This document shows positions 1-7,494 of a DNA stretch of 32,000 nucleotides, in pieces; positions within the stretch are counted from its first letter, which is position 1; every line of letters begins with the position of its first letter. The position numbers and the translations under genes were made by a program. The notes beneath the pieces are model-generated. The model was not told the origin of the DNA, made no database searches, and was given only the letters and a program-made list of their open reading frames with translations. The DNA is from Nostoc sp. PCC 7120 = FACHB-418 (GTDB lineage: Bacteria; Cyanobacteriota; Cyanobacteriia; Cyanobacteriales; Nostocaceae). The stretch lies in the NCBI RefSeq assembly GCF_000009705.1, contig NC_003272.1:3090001-3122000 (forward strand), given 5' to 3'.

Positions 1-154
1 GTCTGGCTAAACCTCGTAGTAAAGTTGATTTACCGCAACCATTTGCACCAACCAAAGCACTAATTTTACCAGTAGGAATTGCCAAATTCAAGTCACGGAT
101 AATTGGGACACCATCATAAGCTAAAGACAGACTTTGAGTTGATAATCCTTTCAT
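1..154 (-). CDS. Iron-siderophore ABC transporter ATP-binding protein (FecE/FhuC-like). Only the N-terminal part is present and the gene runs off the window start.
   Basis: Reverse translation from the ATG at 154-152 gives [51 protein letters not shown], with Walker A motif GANGCGKST. It lies downstream of two FecCD permease genes on the same strand. Confidence 0.85.
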   Translation of the reverse strand, partial: MKGLSTQSLSLAYDGVPIIRDLNLAIPTGKISALVGANGCGKSTLLRGLAR

Positions 155-166
155 ATTGGCTATTTT

Positions 167-203
167 TTGAGTGTTGACTGTTGAGTGTTGACTGTTGAGT
201 GTT
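167..203. repeat. 14-bp tandem repeat TTGAGTGTTGACTG in about 2.6 copies. It contains ACTGTTG, the complement of the STRR3-type heptamer CAACAGT.
   Basis: Read directly: ttgagtgttgactg ttgagtgttgactg ttgagtgtt. It lies in the 109-bp gap between the permease and ATPase genes. Confidence 0.8.
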
Positions 204-263
204 AAACGGGCGGGTTTAACCGACATATGTGTTTTCTGTGTGAATATCTCACAGAACCCATCC

Positions 264-1304
264 CTACTTCTTGCGATTACGAATTAACAAATAGAGGAAA
301 TAAGGCGCACCGACGGCAGCTGTCACTACGCCACAAGGAATTTCGATAGGTGCAAAGAGGGTTCGTCCCAAGAAGTCTGCCACAACAACAAGCATCCCTC
401 CCAACAACGCAGAGGTAGGGAGCAAGCCTTGATGATTTGTACCTACTAACTGTCTGCCTAAATGGGGTGCTATTAATCCTACAAAACCAATCATTCCGGC
501 TGTGGCGACTCCTGCACCTGCCAATGCTACACCTACTAGCACTAGCAAACCACGCTGCCATTCCACACGAGTACCTAAACCTTTGGCAACATCATCTCCC
601 AAATTTAAGGTGTTCAAATGTCTGGCTAATGTCAACGCCATCGGGACAAAAACGATTAACCAAGGTAAGAAGGAAAAGACTTGTTCCCAGGTGCGTCCGT
701 AGACACTACCCGCTAACCATACCAAAGCGTCACTGACGCTATAGATATCGCCAAAGGTAATCATCAAGCTGGTGAAAGCACCTGCGATCGCAGATAATCC
801 CACACCCATTAAAATAAACAAAACGGGGGAACTACCATTGTTCCAAGCTAAGGAGTAAATTAAACCAGCCATTAATAAAGCACCTGCAAAGGCTGATAAA
901 GGCAAAGTGTAAATGGGCGCTGAGGGAAATAGGACAATTACTGTAACTGCTGCTAGACTTGCCCCGGCATTAATGCCAATAATACCGGGATCAGCTAGTG
1001 GGTTGCGTGTGATGCCTTGAAAGATAGTCCCGGCAACGGCTAGTGCCACTCCTACCATGCAAGCGACAAGGGTACGGGGTAGACGCAGGTTGTAAATCAC
1101 AAAAGCATGATCTGGGTTGCCTGTATCTATACCTAATACTGTTTTGATGATATCTAAGGGCGCAATGGGATATTCACCCCGCCCTAAGTTCATTACCATC
1201 GCTACCACAATAGCCACTACCAAACATAGCAATATTGGTGGTACACGTCGGTCAATCCGCAAAGACATGGTTTCGGAACGGATGACGAGCCAATCAACCT
1301 TCAT
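264..1304 (-). CDS. FecCD-family iron-siderophore ABC permease (FecD/FhuB-like)
   Basis: 346-aa polytopic membrane ORF with FecCD/BtuC signatures ([26 protein letters not shown]-terminal GAPYFLYLL). Its ATG overlaps the upstream stop as ATGA at 1301-1304, which indicates translational coupling. Confidence 0.92.
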   Translation of the reverse strand: MKVDWLVIRSETMSLRIDRRVPPILLCLVVAIVVAMVMNLGRGEYPIAPLDIIKTVLGIDTGNPDHAFVIYNLRLPRTLVACMVGVALAVAGTIFQGITRNPLADPGIIGINAGASLAAVTVIVLFPSAPIYTLPLSAFAGALLMAGLIYSLAWNNGSSPVLFILMGVGLSAIAGAFTSLMITFGDIYSVSDALVWLAGSVYGRTWEQVFSFLPWLIVFVPMALTLARHLNTLNLGDDVAKGLGTRVEWQRGLLVLVGVALAGAGVATAGMIGFVGLIAPHLGRQLVGTNHQGLLPTSALLGGMLVVVADFLGRTLFAPIEIPCGVVTAAVGAPYFLYLLIRNRKK

Positions 1305-2332
1305 TTCTTCACCTTTGATTTAGCCAAGTAAACAAAAAAGGGTGCGCCAACCAATGCTGTCATTACTCCCACAGGTAATTCCTGGGGTTTGAGTAATACA
1401 CGGGCCGCCACATCTGCAACTAAAAGTAAAGTTGCACCGACGACTGCGGAGTATGGCAAAATCCAACGATAATCAGCTTTGATGAAAAATCTCACCATGT
1501 GAGGCACGACTAAGCCAATAAAGCCAATTGGCCCAGCCAGAGATACGGAACTTCCCGCCAGTAAAACCACGCTGATGGCAGTTGTAATTTTCACCCAAGC
1601 AGTCTGTTGACCCAAGCCTTTAGCCATATCTTCACCCAGACTCATGGTTGTAATTTGTCTACCCAGAGCAAAGGCTACTACTAAGCCAATCATGACGAAA
1701 GGTAAGGCTGACAATAAGATGTTGAAATCTCGTCCAGCCAAAGAACCAGCTAACCAAAATCTAATTTCTTCTAAGGTGCGTTGACTAACGATGAGAATAG
1801 CAGTGGTGAGGGAAGAAATCAGTGCTGTCAACGCCGCACCTGCTACGGTGAGATTTAATGGTGTAGCTCCTCCCTTCCCTAAAGACCCAAGGAAGTAGAC
1901 TAACATCGCTGTGACTCCTGCACCCAAAAAGGCCACAGTGGTTAACAAACCCAAGGAGGAGCTGCCAAACACGAAAATTGTTGTAACTACAGCTAATGCG
2001 GCCCCCGACTCAATCCCTAAAATTCCTGGATCTGCTAGAGGGTTGCGTGTCAAACCTTGCATTAATGCGCCAGCGACTGCCAAGGATGATCCTACAAGAA
2101 GAGCGACGAGCGATCGCGGTAATCTCACCGTCTGAATCACTAAATGCTCATAAGAACCATCAAAGGTGATAAAGGATTCCAGAATCTTGTTTAACGGTAT
2201 TTCTGCCGCACCCAATGTAACACTGTACACCAAGCAAATTAGCAGAATCAGTATGCCCAGAATCAGACCCACTAATGGCGATATTTTGGGTGGATTCCAG
2301 TTCCTTGGTGATGCTGTGGTTGCTCTTGTCAT
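1301..2332 (-). CDS. FecCD-family iron-siderophore ABC permease (FecC-like)
   Basis: 343-aa membrane ORF with [25 protein letters not shown] and GAPFFVYL motifs. It is the first gene of the minus-strand importer operon. Confidence 0.92.
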   Translation of the reverse strand: MTRATTASPRNWNPPKISPLVGLILGILILLICLVYSVTLGAAEIPLNKILESFITFDGSYEHLVIQTVRLPRSLVALLVGSSLAVAGALMQGLTRNPLADPGILGIESGAALAVVTTIFVFGSSSLGLLTTVAFLGAGVTAMLVYFLGSLGKGGATPLNLTVAGAALTALISSLTTAILIVSQRTLEEIRFWLAGSLAGRDFNILLSALPFVMIGLVVAFALGRQITTMSLGEDMAKGLGQQTAWVKITTAISVVLLAGSSVSLAGPIGFIGLVVPHMVRFFIKADYRWILPYSAVVGATLLLVADVAARVLLKPQELPVGVMTALVGAPFFVYLAKSKVKK

Positions 2333-2682
2333 TATCTCCTAGTTAATTGAAAAATATAGTCATTTGGGTAAGTTGGTTGTGCTTTCTTTGACATTTGCCA
2401 GTTCAACATCTTAATTGAGAATTAATATAAGAAGATTAAGTGTTTAAGCAAGGTATATTCTCGCATTCTTGAGATTTACAGCCTGATGTAAGCGGAAAGG
2501 TTCAAGATTATACTTTATACTTATTAGTATATTTTTTCAACTTTTTGTAGTCTTGTTTGATGAAAAAACAGAAATAATTGCCAAATAGTAGAGACAGTTA
2601 GTTACTTGCTGTGTGGTTGAATGCTGAAAATCAACACGAAAAATATACCAGTTAAATCCCTGACAGCTTAGTATGTCTGCTA

Positions 2683-2707
2683 TGCCAAAGATGGCACGGC
2701 ATATAAT
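2683..2707 (+). promoter_or_regulatory. Candidate AraC-1 promoter: 5-4-5 palindrome TGCCAaagaTGGCA followed by TATAAT (2702-2707)
   Basis: The palindrome and -10-like hexamer are read directly. The homologous position in cassette 2 (8615-8639) has TGTCAaataTGACA plus GATAAT. Confidence 0.35.
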
Positions 2708-2806
2708 GTCTGCTACTCTCTAACTGTAGAAACGACCAAAATTAATGATATAGTCTCTTATTTTTTTCTATTTTCTTAAGTAAACTGTGTAGATAATTCT
2801 AAGTAA

Positions 2807-3790
2807 ATGGTACTCATCCTTCAGGAATCAGCAGATTGTTATCAATCATTGACAGAAAATAACAACACTCCGCAATCAAATATCTGGGAAGCTCATATAC
2901 ATGATCCACAAGGTATGAGTCATGGTTATAGACAATGGTTTCATTTGCGCCCTGGAATATCTCTGCTCACTGATCACTATCAGTTAAATAACGATTTAAT
3001 TGTGGAGAAAATATCTGCTCCTAACTGTCTGTGGTTAGAGTTGAGTTTTAGTATATTTGGTAATAATAATAATGAAGATGTCTACTCAGGACAAAATTTC
3101 TTATATGTATATAGAGAATTAGGCAAAGCTGGTTATACTAAATGGCAAGCTCAGGAAAGAATCTTGAAGTTTGATATTCATATTGAATATTCACAAATTC
3201 AAAAATTACTTGCTCATCAAATGGATGTATTGCCTGTAAGCTTTAGGCAAATGTTTGAAAAAAATGATGATGAGCCTAATTATCGGAATTTTGGGATTAC
3301 CACCCACGAAATGCAAACTGTTTTACGTCAAATCTTAAATTGCCCATATCAAGGTTTGACAAAACAACTCTATTTGGAGGGTAAAATATTAGAACTATTA
3401 GCATTACGTTTAGAATATCTCCAAGAAAATCCTAATTTTAATAAAAGCACGACTTTGAAACCTCATCAACTTGATAGTATTTATCATGCTAGAGATATTT
3501 TAATTAATAATATTAATAACCCACCTTCATTAATAAATTTAGCCCGACAGGTAGGATTAAATGATTGCACCCTGAAAAAAGGTTTTCAAGAGATATTCGG
3601 TACTACAGTTTTTGGATATTTACACGAATATCGTATGGAAGAGGCGAAAGAATTACTCTTAGACAAGAAAATGAATGTGACTCAAGTAGCTCAAATCGTC
3701 GGTTACGAAGCACGTACTTCTTTTATTAGGGCTTTCCGTAAAAAGTTCGGTGTGAGTCCTACTGCTTATGTCCAAAAAAATTCCGCTTAG
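2807..3790 (+). CDS. AraC-family transcriptional regulator in PchR/YbtA-like position, cassette 1
   Basis: 327-aa ORF. The C-terminal AraC dual HTH reads LARQVGLNDCTLKKGFQEIFGTTVFGYLHEYRMEEAKELL...VGYEARTSFIRAFRKKFGVSP. An N-terminal sensor-like domain of about 200 aa precedes it. The gene sits directly upstream of a TonB-dependent receptor. Confidence 0.9.
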   Translation: MVLILQESADCYQSLTENNNTPQSNIWEAHIHDPQGMSHGYRQWFHLRPGISLLTDHYQLNNDLIVEKISAPNCLWLELSFSIFGNNNNEDVYSGQNFLYVYRELGKAGYTKWQAQERILKFDIHIEYSQIQKLLAHQMDVLPVSFRQMFEKNDDEPNYRNFGITTHEMQTVLRQILNCPYQGLTKQLYLEGKILELLALRLEYLQENPNFNKSTTLKPHQLDSIYHARDILINNINNPPSLINLARQVGLNDCTLKKGFQEIFGTTVFGYLHEYRMEEAKELLLDKKMNVTQVAQIVGYEARTSFIRAFRKKFGVSPTAYVQKNSA

Positions 3791-3818
3791 GTAACAGAAA
3801 AATTCCCGTTACGTCACA
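3776..3818 (+). promoter_or_regulatory. Direct repeat AAAAATTCCGCTTAGGTAACA / AAAAATTCCCGTTACGTCACA with a 22-bp period, overlapping the AraC-1 stop codon. Candidate AraC operator.
   Basis: Both copies are read directly. The same AAATTCCG-core repeat recurs at the equivalent site in cassettes 2 and 3. Confidence 0.4.
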
Positions 3819-3951
3819 CTTAGAGCTTTAACTCTCCGTTTAATTACAGTAAGATTCTTGCTAAGAATTACTAATAACAGAAGCAAGTCTCAATGAGATG
3901 TAACTAAAAGTACACCTCATTGGTGCTTTATCTTTCTGTATGAGAGGAGAG

Positions 3952-6495
3952 ATGTTAATTAAACCAGCATTATTGCATCGTTTATGTTTGGCGGCGACGG
4001 TATCAGTTTTAATCAGTAATCAAACTGTATGGGCAGAGGTAAATACCTCACAAAATAAGACTCCTCAACTGAGTAAAGGTGTCCCAATACTGGCGCAAGC
4101 ACCGACAACTGAAATTTTAGAAGTAACAGGCGTGAAAGCGAATCCCACAGAAAAAGGCGTAGAAGTAATTCTACAGACTACCTCTGGGGAAAAATTACAA
4201 CTGGTAAATCGTAGTCAAGGTAACGCATATATTGCTGATATTCCTAATGCACAGTTACGCTTACCTAATGGTGATACTTTTACATTCACTTCCCCAAAGC
4301 CAGTGGAGGGAATTAGCGAGATTATAGTCAGCAATCTGGATGCTAATACTATTCGGGTGACAGTCACAGGTGAGGCGGGATTACCTGTAGTAGAGTTATT
4401 TGATAGTGATGAGGGTTTGATTTTGGGAGTGTTGAGTGCAGCACCGTCACAGACACAAGCTACACCAACACCAGAACCAGAACAACCAGCCGCTACAACT
4501 GATCAGCCTATTGAACTTGTAGTAACAGGACAACAAGATAGCTATCGTGTAACGAATGCTGCAACGGCTACTAAGACTGATACACCCTTGCGGGATATTC
4601 CCCAATCAATTCAAGTCATTCCTCGTCAAGTGATTGAGGATCAACGCGCTACCCAGTTGAATGAAGCATTGCGGAATGTCAGTGGTGTACAGCCATCCAA
4701 CAGTGCAGGGAGAACACGCGATCGCTTCGTGATTCGGGGATTTGATGATTTCAACTCGGTAATTCGAGATGGGTTTAAAGAAAACACCTCTGTATATAGA
4801 GAAACTGCCAATATTGAACGCATAGAAGTGTTAAAAGGCCCGGCTTCTGTGTTATTTGGACAACTAGAACCAGGGGGAGTAATTAACGTTATTACCAAGC
4901 AACCCCAGAGAGAACCCTTTTTAATTATGGGTTTAGAGGCGGGAAGTTATGGCTTTTTCCGTCCGACAGTGGATTTTAACAGTCCTCTGAATGACTCTAA
5001 AACCTTGCGATTGCGAGTTAATGCAGCTGTAGAAATTTCCGAATCCTTCCGTGACTTTGACAAAGAAACTAGCCGCTTTTTTATTGCGCCTGTATTAGCG
5101 TGGGAGATTGGCGATCGCACAAGCTTAGTATTTGACCTAGAATATTTAAAAGACTCTCGACCATTTGATCGGGGTTTAGTAGCATTAGGCGATCGCGTTG
5201 CTGAGATTCCCTTCAATCGCATCTTAGGCGAACCCTTTGACTCTAAAGAAGTAGAAGACTTACGGATTGGTACACGCTTTGAGCATGGCTTCAATGATAA
5301 CTGGAAACTGCGTTCTGCCTTCCGAATTGTCTCCACACAAACATCTAGTTTTGTGACTGAACCTGGTAGTTTGGATGAAGCCACAGGTTTACTATCTCGT
5401 GATTTTGGTGTAGATCGACCTACACCTGATGAAACCTACGCTTTTCAAACTGATCTGATCGGTAAATTTAAAACTGGTGCAATTGAACACGAACTTGTAA
5501 TTGGCTTTGACTTTAACCGCCAAACTAACTTCGTTGACGATCGCCGCAGCGCACCCGCACCCGCTATTGATATTTTCAACCCAGTCTATTTGACTGCTAG
5601 ACCTAATATAGAATCAGATCCGTTTCGGGGTTTATTTGCAGCAGATAACATTGGTATCTATATCCAAGACCAAATTAAACTGGCAGAAAATCTCAAACTC
5701 CTGATTGGCGGACGTTATGATTTTACCAATCAAAGTTTCCTGAGTATTGTTGATGGTGTGAAATTCTTTGATATATCCGATCAAGCATTTAGCCCCCGTA
5801 TAGGCATAGTATATCAACCAATTACACCCCTCTCTCTTTACGCCAGTTATAGCCGTTCTTTCGCGCAAAACTTTGGCATTCAACGGGACAACTCACGCAT
5901 AGAACCAGAACGAGGAACACAATACGAAGTTGGTGTGAGAGGAGAATTTTTAGATGGTAAATTGATTGCGAGTTTAGCGGGTTATCAGATTACTAAAACC
6001 AATGTTGCCACACCCGACCCCGCAGATTTAAACTTTTCTATTCCCGTTGGCGAAGTACGAAGTCGAGGGATTGAATTTGATATTGCTGGAGAACTGGCTA
6101 AAGGCTGGAATATTATTGCTTCCTATGCCTATACAGATGCCAAGATTACAGAAGATAATACCGATAACGAAGGCAATCGCCTCAATCGAGTGCCAGAAAA
6201 TAGTGCTAGTATTTGGACAACCTACGAATTGCAAAGTGGGGCGTTGCAAGGTTTGGGTATGGGTGTGGGATTATTTTTTGTAGGTGAACGTCAAGGAGAC
6301 TTAAGTAATTCCTTTACCGTTCCTGGCTACACCCGCACTGATGCTGCTTTGTTCTATCGTCGAGATAACTGGAATATAGGTCTCAATTTTAAAAACATTT
6401 TTGATGTTAACTATATTGAGTCCACCACATCCCGCACATCAATTGATGCTGGTATTCCTTTTACGGTTATCGGTTCGTTGTCTGTAAAATTTTAA
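3952..6495 (+). CDS. TonB-dependent siderophore receptor with N-terminal AMIN-like domain, cassette 1
   Basis: Signal peptide; AMIN-like segment (VTGVKANPTEKGVEVILQT...TIRVTVTGEAG); P/T/Q-rich linker; TonB-box-like PIELVVTG; plug motifs DTPLRDIPQSIQVI and VLKGPASVLFG; long beta-barrel ending in terminal F. I prefer the start at ATG 3952, which is preceded by GAGGAGAG. The track start at 3940 corresponds to ATG-TGA in the cassette 2 paralogue. Confidence 0.93.
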   Translation: MLIKPALLHRLCLAATVSVLISNQTVWAEVNTSQNKTPQLSKGVPILAQAPTTEILEVTGVKANPTEKGVEVILQTTSGEKLQLVNRSQGNAYIADIPNAQLRLPNGDTFTFTSPKPVEGISEIIVSNLDANTIRVTVTGEAGLPVVELFDSDEGLILGVLSAAPSQTQATPTPEPEQPAATTDQPIELVVTGQQDSYRVTNAATATKTDTPLRDIPQSIQVIPRQVIEDQRATQLNEALRNVSGVQPSNSAGRTRDRFVIRGFDDFNSVIRDGFKENTSVYRETANIERIEVLKGPASVLFGQLEPGGVINVITKQPQREPFLIMGLEAGSYGFFRPTVDFNSPLNDSKTLRLRVNAAVEISESFRDFDKETSRFFIAPVLAWEIGDRTSLVFDLEYLKDSRPFDRGLVALGDRVAEIPFNRILGEPFDSKEVEDLRIGTRFEHGFNDNWKLRSAFRIVSTQTSSFVTEPGSLDEATGLLSRDFGVDRPTPDETYAFQTDLIGKFKTGAIEHELVIGFDFNRQTNFVDDRRSAPAPAIDIFNPVYLTARPNIESDPFRGLFAADNIGIYIQDQIKLAENLKLLIGGRYDFTNQSFLSIVDGVKFFDISDQAFSPRIGIVYQPITPLSLYASYSRSFAQNFGIQRDNSRIEPERGTQYEVGVRGEFLDGKLIASLAGYQITKTNVATPDPADLNFSIPVGEVRSRGIEFDIAGELAKGWNIIASYAYTDAKITEDNTDNEGNRLNRVPENSASIWTTYELQSGALQGLGMGVGLFFVGERQGDLSNSFTVPGYTRTDAALFYRRDNWNIGLNFKNIFDVNYIESTTSRTSIDAGIPFTVIGSLSVKF

Positions 6496-6497
6496 TT

Positions 6498-6540
6498 GGG
6501 GACTGGGGACTGGGGACTGGGGACTGGGGACTGGGGACTG
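6498..6540 (+). repeat. STRR1-type heptamer array: GGGGACT x6 (complement of CCCCAGT)
   Basis: Six perfect tandem heptamers are read directly between the receptor stop (6493-6495) and the next ATG (6541). Confidence 0.95.
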
Positions 6541-7494
6541 ATGAATTACTTTTTTTGTGCTGATGAATCTCGCCAAGTTAACGAAGATCCGATTGGTAGT
6601 GGTTGCAGACGACAGTGCTATGTATTGATTGAATGTCCGCCTCCTTGGATGGCGAATGAATTTGATTCTAAAGCTGTACCTGCAAATTTGCGATCGCTAG
6701 AAAATGAGTTCTATGCAGTCGAACCTGATGGAATTTTACTATTTATCTACAGCGAAGAATTACGGCAAAATTATCTAACCCGTATCCTCATTTTTCGCCC
6801 CATGATGGGTTATTCCGGGGGATATATCAAGCAAGAAATTCATGTTTCTAGTCTTGAGGATGTGGCGATTGTTCTCAAAGATTGGTTAGCGGGTAAAGAT
6901 ATTGCTGATACAGATATCAATCCTCACACTAGGGATATCTTAGTTTGTACTCACGGCACTCATGATAAATGTTGTGCTAAATATGGTATCCCTTTTTATC
7001 GCCAGGCTAAAAATATAGTAGCTGATTTGGCTGTAGAATCTGTCCGAATTTGGCAATCTAGCCATTTTAGTGGTCATCGCTTTGCCCCTACTATTTTGGA
7101 TTTGCCCCAAGGTAGATACTACGGTAAATTAGACTGCCAAAGTTTTACAAATATTCTCACCTACACAGGGGATATTAACTGTTTAAAATCCATCTATCGT
7201 GGTTGGGGAATCCTCCCGTTTCCGGCGCAAGTGATGGAGGGAGAATTGATTTTTTTACATGGTTGGCAATGGTTTAATTATAAAGTTAGCTGTTGTTTCA
7301 TAGAACAAAGTGAAGATGAGTGCTTTAATCGCATAGAAATTAGTGCTATTCTTCCCGATGGTGATATTAAAACTTATCAAGCGGATGTGGTGGAAGATGA
7401 GAGTAAATCTATATATTTAATTGGGGATTGTCATGGGATTGAGCCAGAACTGATTCCTAAATACTCTGTGAATAATCTTATACAAATTATCTAA
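6541..7494 (+). CDS. Sucrase/ferredoxin-like family protein. Predicted thioredoxin-like [2Fe-2S] protein of the Apd1/Aim32 type, cytoplasmic.
   Basis: Motifs: LVCTHGTHDKCCAKYG (C-x8-C, codons 6946-6975), SSHFSGHRFAP (H-x-x-G-H, 7063-7077) and EDPIGSG...LIECPPPW. No signal peptide is present. The start is set at ATG 6541 because the track start at 6496 only translates the heptamer array. The stop TAA is immediately followed by the ATG of the next gene. Confidence 0.75.
   Translation: MNYFFCADESRQVNEDPIGSGCRRQCYVLIECPPPWMANEFDSKAVPANLRSLENEFYAVEPDGILLFIYSEELRQNYLTRILIFRPMMGYSGGYIKQEIHVSSLEDVAIVLKDWLAGKDIADTDINPHTRDILVCTHGTHDKCCAKYGIPFYRQAKNIVADLAVESVRIWQSSHFSGHRFAPTILDLPQGRYYGKLDCQSFTNILTYTGDINCLKSIYRGWGILPFPAQVMEGELIFLHGWQWFNYKVSCCFIEQSEDECFNRIEISAILPDGDIKTYQADVVEDESKSIYLIGDCHGIEPELIPKYSVNNLIQII

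Noticed and set aside
277-2135. Alternative-frame and antisense ORFs within the permease genes (277-561, 437-736, 502-702, 1117-1323, 1911-2135)
   Set aside because: They overlap well-supported FecCD-family CDSs, and their Arg/Pro/Thr-rich composition is typical of out-of-frame translation.
2395-2440. AT-rich TTAATTGAGAATTAATATAAG segment upstream of the permease operon, considered as a Fur box
   Set aside because: My best hand alignments reach only about 10 of 19 matches with no clear dyad. It may still be Fur-regulated, but the sequence does not support a specific site.
2741-2759. Fur-box-like ATTAATGATATAGTCTCTT upstream of AraC-1
   Set aside because: It matches the 19-bp consensus at only about 10 of 19 positions. 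The right half-site, intact in cassette 2 (8672-8691), is degenerate here.
3940-3951. Upstream ATG giving MRGE before MLIK in receptor 1
   Set aside because: The same positions in cassette 2 read ATG-TGA. The segment GAGGAGAG is better explained as the Shine-Dalgarno sequence for ATG 3952.
4641-6283. Several 73-145-aa ORFs on either strand inside receptor 1 (4641-4898, 4947-5384, 5632-5883, 6028-6249, 6047-6283)
   Set aside because: They are embedded in a strongly supported receptor CDS and have no motifs. Similar shadow ORFs occur in receptors 2-4 (10329-10840, 17691-17897, 26410-26649, 26955-27191, 27608-27874, 28067-28472).
6496-6540. N-terminal extension MGTGDWGLGTGDWGL of track ORF 6496-7494 (TTG start)
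   Set aside because: It is simply the translation of the GGGGACT heptamer array. The paralogue at 24417-25418 has no such extension, and ATG 6541 gives a homologous N-terminus.
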